From a virus (Duplodnaviria > Heunggongvirae > Uroviricota > Caudoviricetes): a stretch of 17,330 bases of DNA. Position numbers and translations under genes: made by a program. Every line of letters starts with the position of its first letter. The stretch's first letter is position 1. Below the pieces are notes generated by a model, which saw nothing but the letters and a program-made list of their open reading frames with translations, was not told the DNA's origin and ran no database searches. Below are positions 8,993 through 15,158 of the stretch, one piece after another. The stretch lies in IMG/VR virus record IMGVR_UViG_3300026382_000013, positions 1-17,330 of that record. One strand, 5' to 3'.

Positions 8993-9301
8993 ATGGTAAG
9001 AACAATAGATAGTAGCATTAAAGCAACAGCAGGTGATGCAGTTCACCAAACTATAGCAATAGCTATGGTGAGAAGAGGTGTGAAAGCCTCAGAAGTTATA
9101 GAAACCCTTAAAGCTTACAATTATATAGTAAACATTAAGGGAGTACTATATAAAGTACAGGCTACTAGTGTGGCTTCAATAGTCACAGGTATAGAAATAG
9201 CTATCTCAGTGCCTAAAGGTAAAGTAGCAGACCTTCATCCAATAGACAATGGTGTAGAAGCACCACAGTCTGCTAACACTCCTCTAGTTATTGAGGAGTA
9301 A
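8993..9301 (+). CDS. Hypothetical protein (102 aa)
   Basis: GAAGGA SD upstream; converges on the ParB-like gene. Confidence 0.75.
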   Translation: MVRTIDSSIKATAGDAVHQTIAIAMVRRGVKASEVIETLKAYNYIVNIKGVLYKVQATSVASIVTGIEIAISVPKGKVADLHPIDNGVEAPQSANTPLVIEE

Positions 9302-9331
9302 CTAGCTTAGCCTTAAACTTAGCCTAATCGT

Positions 9332-10054
9332 TTATTGAGGAGTAGCAGTCTTAATAGCTCCATATAGCATAGAGCTTAACTTCTCAAGCATAGCCAACCC
9401 AAACTCCGACTGTAGCTCTTGTACTTTAGTCTTCAGTGTATTCAACTCATCATCACTAAATAAATTAGTTGCAACACATTGTGACTCACTAAGTATATCA
9501 GCTTCTCTAGATTTAAAATGATTGTAGACACTTAGTAAACTATCTGATAGTAATGGCTTACTAGTAGTACCTATGTTCACTTTACCACCGTTAAACATAT
9601 GGTCCATAATAGCTTTAGAAACTATAGCATCTAGTTTCTTTGCTCTACTTAACATAAGTTTATTAGTTCCATACCTAGCACATACCACTTCTTGAGATTC
9701 TTTAGCACCACTAGCTCTAAGTCTATCATACTCATGTAGAGCATAGATAGCCTTTTGTGTAGGTGTTTGATGTCTTCTAGTCTCATGACTGGCAACAAGC
9801 TGTCTTACTTCTTCTATAGGTGTAGAAGGATTTAAGTGTATAGCTTTTATACTAACACTCTGTAATTCTCTCATAGCTAACACTCTATGTCTACCATCAA
9901 CTACTTTAGCTCTATACAGTTTAATAGGTTCTAGCTGACCATTCTCTGCAATATCAGTTTTTAAAGCCTCAAATTGCTCATCAGTCATCTTAGGAGTACT
10001 AAGAGCTAACTCATGTATTTCAATATCTTTAAGTTTAATTTCAGTTACAACCAT
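9332..10054 (-). CDS. ParB/Sulfiredoxin N-terminal domain protein with probable HTH
   Basis: 240 aa. LKTDIAENGQLEPI...VVDGRHRVLA contains the GxxRxxA CTP-binding motif, then RRHQTPTQKA and a helix-turn-helix-like QEVVCARYGTNKLMLSRAKKL. AGAGG SD. It is the only credible minus-strand gene in the right arm. Confidence 0.85.
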   Translation of the reverse strand: MVVTEIKLKDIEIHELALSTPKMTDEQFEALKTDIAENGQLEPIKLYRAKVVDGRHRVLAMRELQSVSIKAIHLNPSTPIEEVRQLVASHETRRHQTPTQKAIYALHEYDRLRASGAKESQEVVCARYGTNKLMLSRAKKLDAIVSKAIMDHMFNGGKVNIGTTSKPLLSDSLLSVYNHFKSREADILSESQCVATNLFSDDELNTLKTKVQELQSEFGLAMLEKLSSMLYGAIKTATPQ

Positions 10055-10083
10055 TCTTACACCTCTTTAGTTAATGTATTAGT

Positions 10084-10112
10084 ATTATACATCGTTTACT
10101 AACATATGTCAA
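10084..10112 (-). promoter_or_regulatory. Perfect consensus sigma70 promoter of the ParB-like gene
   Basis: The minus strand reads TTGACA-tatgttagtaaacgatg (17 nt)-TATAAT, about 30 nt upstream of the ATG. Confidence 0.85.
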
Positions 10113-10123
10113 GTGGAGGCATT

Positions 10124-10161
10124 TAGTAAACTGTTTACTAAATTTAGTAAACAGTTTACTA
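10124..10161. repeat. 38-bp perfect palindrome built from two 17-bp dyads
   Basis: TAGTAAACTGTTTACTA-AATT-TAGTAAACAGTTTACTA. Checked base by base as self-complementary about 10142/10143. Confidence 0.95.
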
Positions 10162-10189
10162 TTTACTATTTACTATTTACTATTTACTA
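10155..10189 (+). repeat. Tandem heptamer (TTTACTA)x5
   Basis: Five exact copies; the first is the end of the palindrome. Confidence 0.95.
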
Positions 10190-10247
10190 TTTTGTTCTAA
10201 ACTACTATTAGGCGATACTTGTACAAAACTTCTATATACTTACTTAG

Positions 10248-10304
10248 ATAAGGTACACTTTTAGTACCCTTTCACACATCAATAAGGTACACTTTTGGTA
10301 CCCT
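10248..10304. repeat. Two 23-bp direct repeats with internal dyad GGTAC-N7-GTACC (operator-like)
   Basis: ATAAGGTACACTTTTAGTACCCT (10248-10270) and ATAAGGTACACTTTTGGTACCCT (10282-10304): 22/23 identical, 34-bp period. Confidence 0.9.
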
Positions 10305-10393
10305 ATCTTTTTAGTCAAGTTCCCTAATATTGGGCTCTATCGACTGTATTCCCTATTCTAGAATAGAGAGTACACTAATATCCCTTACTAATA

Positions 10394-10413
10394 ACCTCTT
10401 ATTCTATATGGTA
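10394..10413 (+). promoter_or_regulatory. Conserved motif copy 3
   Basis: ACCTCTTATTCTATATGGTA; GG 35 nt before the ATG at 10445; divergent from the ParB-gene promoter. Confidence 0.65.
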
Positions 10414-10444
10414 ATCAATCCAAATCTATTTAAAAGGAACAATC

Positions 10445-10516
10445 ATGTCATGTTTAATTATTGACGGTGTATTATTAACACCAGAAGAAACAGCACAATA
10501 CTTAGCTAACCGTTAA
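10445..10516 (+). CDS. Micropeptide, 23 aa (MSCLIIDGVLLTPEETAQYLANR)
   Basis: Not in the track. AAAGGA SD about 6 nt upstream; first ORF after motif copy 3. Confidence 0.5.
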   Translation: MSCLIIDGVLLTPEETAQYLANR

Positions 10517-10601
10517 GTATATGTAATCAGTCGTTAACATACTATAGTAGTAACAGTCTACTATTTAATACCTCAACTAATAATGAGAAGAAAGGGTCAG
10601 C

Positions 10602-10949
10602 ATGGCATCAATAATCAAAGACATAAAACAAGCAACAGCAAGCACATTGAGTGCGGGTGTTGCAGTAGTAACGAGCACAGCGGATATGATCACAACTGTA
10701 GCAGGAAGCACTACTGCAATTGTAGACCCAACTATTGGGATGGTCACAGATGTAGCTAGTGTTGGGAGATCTTACACTAGCACACTACTACTTGAGACTC
10801 AGGCAGACAGTAAGATATCTAATGCAATAGCACAGAGTAAACTAGAAGCATCTAAGACTTACTTAGAGTCTAAAGCAGGTAAAAGTAAACTAGCAGAGGC
10901 TAGTGAGAAGTATGTCCAAATGCAATTGGACGAGATGTTAGATTTCTAG
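10602..10949 (+). CDS. Hypothetical Thr/Ala/Ser-rich helical protein (115 aa)
   Basis: AAAGGG SD; open frame with phage-like codon usage. Confidence 0.75.
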   Translation: MASIIKDIKQATASTLSAGVAVVTSTADMITTVAGSTTAIVDPTIGMVTDVASVGRSYTSTLLLETQADSKISNAIAQSKLEASKTYLESKAGKSKLAEASEKYVQMQLDEMLDF

Positions 10950-11145
10950 CATCTCAAGTTGTTAGTAAGAGTGGGTAACTGCTCTGCTAACACTAAACTC
11001 TATTACACGATTAACAAAGAAAGCTAGAAGGCCTGCAACAAAGAATGTAGCATACTAGCTAATTCAGCTTGTACTATATTAGCTTCTTTACTAATAGTAT
11101 TAAAGTACTTATTTACTAAAGCTTGTTCATCTAGACTTAGTTCCA

Positions 11146-11166
11146 CTCTAGGCTCTAGGCTCTAGG
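11146..11166 (+). repeat. Tandem heptamer (CTCTAGG)x3
   Basis: Three exact copies inside the 750-bp non-coding gap. Confidence 0.85.
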
Positions 11167-11253
11167 TATTTTGACATCTAATACAGTATTCTCTGCTAGC
11201 CATCTTAGGATCGTTCCTAGACTATCAGTATAAAATAGATACTTTAGTACTAC

Positions 11254-11366
11254 TAAATTCTGGTCAATAATTAATAGTTACCGACCAGAGAAAAGATGGT
11301 CGGTCGACCAGAATTTAAAACTGATACCCTAATTTAGGGGTTTGCTAAAAAAGATGGTCGACCGAC
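11254..11366. repeat. Cluster of nested inverted and direct repeats built on GGTCG/CGACC
   Basis: TAAATTCTGGTC (11254-65) and GACCAGAATTTA (11306-17) are inverted. ACCGACCA-N9-TGGTCGGT spans 11280-11304. AAAAGATGGTCG is a direct repeat at 11291 and 11349. GGTCGACC occurs at 11302 and 11356. Confidence 0.85.
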
Positions 11367-11638
11367 TTACTTACTACAATAACTCTTTATATCCTATATA
11401 CTAATAGACAAACTGTGGATTTAATTAAACCTATCTCATGTTTTTCAAGACGATTTAGACAGGACTCCAGTCCTATTAAAATTAATTACAAGCGACAGCA
11501 CTGAAAAATAAAACACTTATTTAATTAATATAGAGTTCTCGATAGGTTATCTACCTTAATTAAATCTTAACTTAAATTTACATAACCCACTTATAACCCC
11601 AAACACTCATCCTACACTGTATTTATGGAAGCCTAACA

Positions 11639-11658
11639 ACCTTCTATTTAATATGGTA
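11639..11658 (+). promoter_or_regulatory. Conserved motif copy 4 (consensus-like)
   Basis: gcctaacaACCTTCTATTTAATATGGTA; GG 47 nt before the ATG at 11702. Confidence 0.7.
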
Positions 11659-11701
11659 TTACAACAACACTCAACACTAACTTATTTATAAAGGGAATAT
11701 A

Positions 11702-12154
11702 ATGCCTACAATAACAAAAATAGATGGCCTAGTACAAGACTCAAACACAATAGAAATTACTCTATCAGACGGTAAAGTAATTAAACAGTACCATAGGCAA
11801 GATTGCTGTGAATATGTAGCAGTACATCAAGTAGATGGTAATATCTCTAAACATATAGGAGCAAAGTACATAGAGTTACTTTGTAAATCTAGAAGAGCAC
11901 AAAACGATGAAGTGTCTGCAAGTGGTACATGGACATTCTACACATTAAAGACATCTAAAGGTTATTTAGACTGGAGATGGTTAGGTGAGTCTAATGGGTA
12001 CTATAGTGAAAATGTAACAACAGTAACTTTATACCCATTAGAACTAGCAAGAGATAACTCTATAGAATTAGTAGACATTACAGCATACAATTTTGATAAA
12101 GAAGACTACACATCTAAATCTCTATTCAAATGGAAACTATTAGGAAATATTTAG
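11702..12154 (+). CDS. Conserved phage hypothetical protein (HxQDCC...TWTFY...RWxGESNGYYSE family)
   Basis: 150 aa with YHRQDCCEYV, WTFYTLKTSKGYLDWRWLGESNGYYSENV, a motif set recalled from a widespread phage DUF (possibly DUF7448; unverified). Confidence 0.75.
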   Translation: MPTITKIDGLVQDSNTIEITLSDGKVIKQYHRQDCCEYVAVHQVDGNISKHIGAKYIELLCKSRRAQNDEVSASGTWTFYTLKTSKGYLDWRWLGESNGYYSENVTTVTLYPLELARDNSIELVDITAYNFDKEDYTSKSLFKWKLLGNI

Positions 12155-12230
12155 CAGGGACCATAAAGGTGATTTACTTACAGCTACTACTGAATCATTA
12201 TTTAAAAATAAACTACTTTAAAGCCTAATA

Positions 12231-12249
12231 ACCTTTTATTTAAATGGCA
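12231..12249 (+). promoter_or_regulatory. Conserved motif copy 5 (1-nt shorter spacer)
   Basis: gcctaataACCTTTTATTTAAATGGCA; GG 65 nt before the ATG at 12311. Confidence 0.6.
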
Positions 12250-12310
12250 GTGTGTACAACTGAAATTCGTTGTATATTTATACCTTACTAAAACATATGG
12301 AGATTTAAAA

Positions 12311-12955
12311 ATGGAAAATACAATCACAGCACAAGAAGCATTTAATGAAAAGCTTGAGGAAATTCGTAAAGAAAGAGCAATGGATCTTACAGCGAATAGA
12401 TTAAGATCTGAAGTAGCCATAAACGATGCACTACTTAGAGAATCAGTAGCAACTGTTACTGTAGTTCTTAAAGAGCTATACGAGTTCTTAGACTTAGAAC
12501 CAGAGAAGCTAGAGTCTTTCTTAAAGATGGCGAGAAGAAGTGAGTACGGTAGAGTACCAGAAATGTTAGCTAAGATAGCATCATTGTATACATGGCCAGG
12601 ATGTGATGTGCAAGACATTGCAGATACTCAAGAAGATATCTTAGACATCATCAATAAGTATACAGCAGTTCCAGTGACAGCAGACCTTCTTATGGATATT
12701 AAAGAGTCTAAAGGTTCTCATACATTCTTAAGTAATACAGATTACGAAGTTATAGATGCTATCGAACCTGCTTATGAAGAGTTTAAGTACTACATCTCTA
12801 CATTAGCTGATTACCTCAATCTTCCATATGTAGACATTAAACTATCTGAAGAGAAGTGGGAAAAGAACGAACACAAAGCTCTCAAAAGAGTAGCTAAAGA
12901 GCAAGAAGAAGCACAAAAAGCTTTAGAAGCTCATAATGCATTAGTTAGTGCATAG
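12311..12955 (+). CDS. Acidic helical hypothetical protein (214 aa) directly upstream of the RNAP
   Basis: GGAG SD; Glu-rich with a coiled-coil-like C-terminus; no family recognised. Confidence 0.8.
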   Translation: MENTITAQEAFNEKLEEIRKERAMDLTANRLRSEVAINDALLRESVATVTVVLKELYEFLDLEPEKLESFLKMARRSEYGRVPEMLAKIASLYTWPGCDVQDIADTQEDILDIINKYTAVPVTADLLMDIKESKGSHTFLSNTDYEVIDAIEPAYEEFKYYISTLADYLNLPYVDIKLSEEKWEKNEHKALKRVAKEQEEAQKALEAHNALVSA

Positions 12956-12958
12956 TAA

Positions 12959-12977
12959 GTAGGGATTTAGTCCCTAC
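12959..12977. promoter_or_regulatory. Hairpin GTAGGGA-TTTAG-TCCCTAC upstream of the RNAP gene
   Basis: Perfect 7-bp stem in a 48-nt intergenic gap; no U-tract follows, so function is unclear. Confidence 0.5.
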
Positions 12978-13003
12978 AACCAATTTATTTATAAGGACAA
13001 AGT

Positions 13004-14782
13004 ATGTTATATAGTTTACTAAACAAAGAGTTACCAGACAATACCAAAGTCTATATATCTTTTGAGTCAGTGGCAACAAAGCTACTAATAGACTCTATGG
13101 AGTATAGTTTCATTAATGGTTCTAACCAAGTATCAGTACCATTTTGGAGTGAAAAGATAGGTGCAAAGTTATTCACAGCTGTATCTTTTGCATTAGGTGA
13201 AGAAAAATGGATTAATGGTGTAGTTAAACCAAACTTCGCATACATAGAACTTAATGAGACTAAACTTGCTAAGTATATTGATACTACAAAGTATCGTAAA
13301 GATATGAGAATTAAGCTCAATACTATGAAATGTGTTAATAGTATTATGGATAGTAACCTCACTAAAACACCTAATAGCATCGAAGATACAGGATTAGTAA
13401 GAGATGGTTTTGCTAAGTGTGCTAGTATGAAGTTTCAATTAGATACAGTAGCTATGCTTAAGCACTATGAGTTAATTAAGTCTAACTTAGTTAAAGGTAT
13501 GACTAATGTTGCTAAGAAATACCCAGATGTCCTTATGGATGAAGCTAACTATAAAGCAATTTCAGAAGAAGTATTAGATTACTATCTATGTAACCCTAAA
13601 AAGTACTATAACCTTGAATCAAACATAAATGATATGAGAGGTAGAAGCATCTATAGTGGTATCCGTAAAGTAGGCAATATTATTGCTAACAAAGACATGA
13701 GAGCACTTATTATAGCTGATAAATCAGTATTTATACTAGATACTAATAAGAAAGCTTTAAATGATATCTACCTGTTCATTGCAGAATTAGTAGAAAGTAA
13801 AGCTAAGTCATGGAATGGTAAGATACTTAGTGGTATGGTATCTTATAAAAAGAAAAGATTACCTAATATGACAGCTAAAACACTACATGAGATTATATGG
13901 TTAGAAAGAATCTACGAAGCTTTAGACCAACTATTTATAGATGGTAGTATTATGTGGAACATACCTTTAGAAATGGATGCTACAGCTTCTATAGCTCAGA
14001 TTGTTGGAGTACTTACTAATGATCGTAGATTACTAGCTAAAACTAATGTAATAGAACCAGAAACTCTTGAAGACTTTTGGTATGTAAAAGGTGTAAACAA
14101 CCGTGATGGTATAAAAGCAATAGGTACACCAGTAGGTTATGGTTCTAGTGCTTCATTCACTAAACTTCTTAAAGCTAAAAAGGAAACTCTTACAAAAGAA
14201 GAGATGAAAGCTATACGAAAAGAATTTAAAGATGGTGCATTTGCAGTTATTAAAGCATTCAAAGATTTAACAGTTAAACATGCTAATATTACTACACCAA
14301 CATTTACTACAGATACTTACTTTGAGCAGTATACGACTACTGTTAATAAGCATAAAGTAGTAGGTGCTAACCTTACAGCATATAGTACATATTGTAGCAA
14401 GACTAAGACTATTAAAATTATTATGAACCATACTACTATTACAGTACCTGATTATGATAGATTTAGAACTTACCATGCTACAGGTCTTATACATAATTTA
14501 GATTCGTTTATCATGGATAGTACTATGAAAACTATCCAAGATAGAGGAGAATGGTGTATAGCTATTCATGATGCAGGGTTAGTACTTCCAGGTACTGCTA
14601 TGAGAGAAGCTTACATAGCTCAATTAGAGAACTTAAGAACTAATAGACATAAAGTACTTAATAGTTACTTACAGTCTATAGGAGCAACAGATAAAGCTTC
14701 TAAAATAGCTTATACTAAATTATTAGCTACTGTAGAACCACTTGATAATTCTATTTCATTCTCTATTTCAGCACTTAAATAA
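13004..14782 (+). CDS. Compact single-chain T7/N4-RNAPII-family DNA-directed RNA polymerase
   Basis: 592 aa. DX2GR motif DMRGRSIY (D210; T7 DWRGRVY). Motif A LEMDATASIAQ (D325; T7 D537). Motif B RDGIKAIGTPVGYG with exact R-x3-K-x7-YG spacing (R367/K371/Y379). GLIHNLD (H497; T7 NFVHSQD). Motif C AIHDAG (D523; T7 LIHDSF). AAGGA SD. Confidence 0.9.
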   Translation: MLYSLLNKELPDNTKVYISFESVATKLLIDSMEYSFINGSNQVSVPFWSEKIGAKLFTAVSFALGEEKWINGVVKPNFAYIELNETKLAKYIDTTKYRKDMRIKLNTMKCVNSIMDSNLTKTPNSIEDTGLVRDGFAKCASMKFQLDTVAMLKHYELIKSNLVKGMTNVAKKYPDVLMDEANYKAISEEVLDYYLCNPKKYYNLESNINDMRGRSIYSGIRKVGNIIANKDMRALIIADKSVFILDTNKKALNDIYLFIAELVESKAKSWNGKILSGMVSYKKKRLPNMTAKTLHEIIWLERIYEALDQLFIDGSIMWNIPLEMDATASIAQIVGVLTNDRRLLAKTNVIEPETLEDFWYVKGVNNRDGIKAIGTPVGYGSSASFTKLLKAKKETLTKEEMKAIRKEFKDGAFAVIKAFKDLTVKHANITTPTFTTDTYFEQYTTTVNKHKVVGANLTAYSTYCSKTKTIKIIMNHTTITVPDYDRFRTYHATGLIHNLDSFIMDSTMKTIQDRGEWCIAIHDAGLVLPGTAMREAYIAQLENLRTNRHKVLNSYLQSIGATDKASKIAYTKLLATVEPLDNSISFSISALK

Positions 14783-14824
14783 AGATGAGGCCTTTTGGTC
14801 TTGTCTTTACTTATTTTTTTTTTT
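14780..14824 (+). terminator. Intrinsic terminator after the RNAP gene
   Basis: TAAAGATGAGGCC-TTTT-GGTCTTGTCTTTA forms a 13-bp stem including three G-U pairs, followed by CTTA and T11. Confidence 0.7.
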
Positions 14825-14873
14825 GCTTTTGTAACAAAGATAAGAAGATATTTTATTTATAAGGAGGTGTGCT

Positions 14874-15158
14874 ATGTTTGCTATCATAATTGGAATCGTA
14901 ACTGCTTTTAACTTTTTAATACTTTTAAAAAAGGTAAGAATGGGAAGACATTTAGATGCTTTCTTAGATATATCAGCCATGGTTGCTTTATCATGGATGT
15001 TTGGTGGTACATTAGGAGGAATGGTAGTAGCTATGGTTGCTTCTGCTGTTATCTCTCTATCTTTACTTAAAGAACCACTTGAATTTAATGATGATGAAGA
15101 CGAAGATGAAGAATCTTCTATACCAGTGTATACACCTAAAGGAGCTACTAATGTTTAA
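14874..15158 (+). CDS. Small membrane protein with acidic C-terminal tail (94 aa)
   Basis: AAGGAGG SD; two to three hydrophobic segments, then NDDEDEDEE. Confidence 0.85.
   Translation: MFAIIIGIVTAFNFLILLKKVRMGRHLDAFLDISAMVALSWMFGGTLGGMVVAMVASAVISLSLLKEPLEFNDDEDEDEESSIPVYTPKGATNV

Noticed and set aside
10248-10304. Possible mini-CRISPR array (23-bp repeats)
   Set aside because: There are only two repeats, the spacer is 11 bp, and no cas gene or leader is present; the pattern fits operators better.
15037-15150. N-terminal extension of the 90-aa track ORF
   Set aside because: It overlaps the 94-aa gene by more than 100 nt; the ATG at 15151 has the SD.
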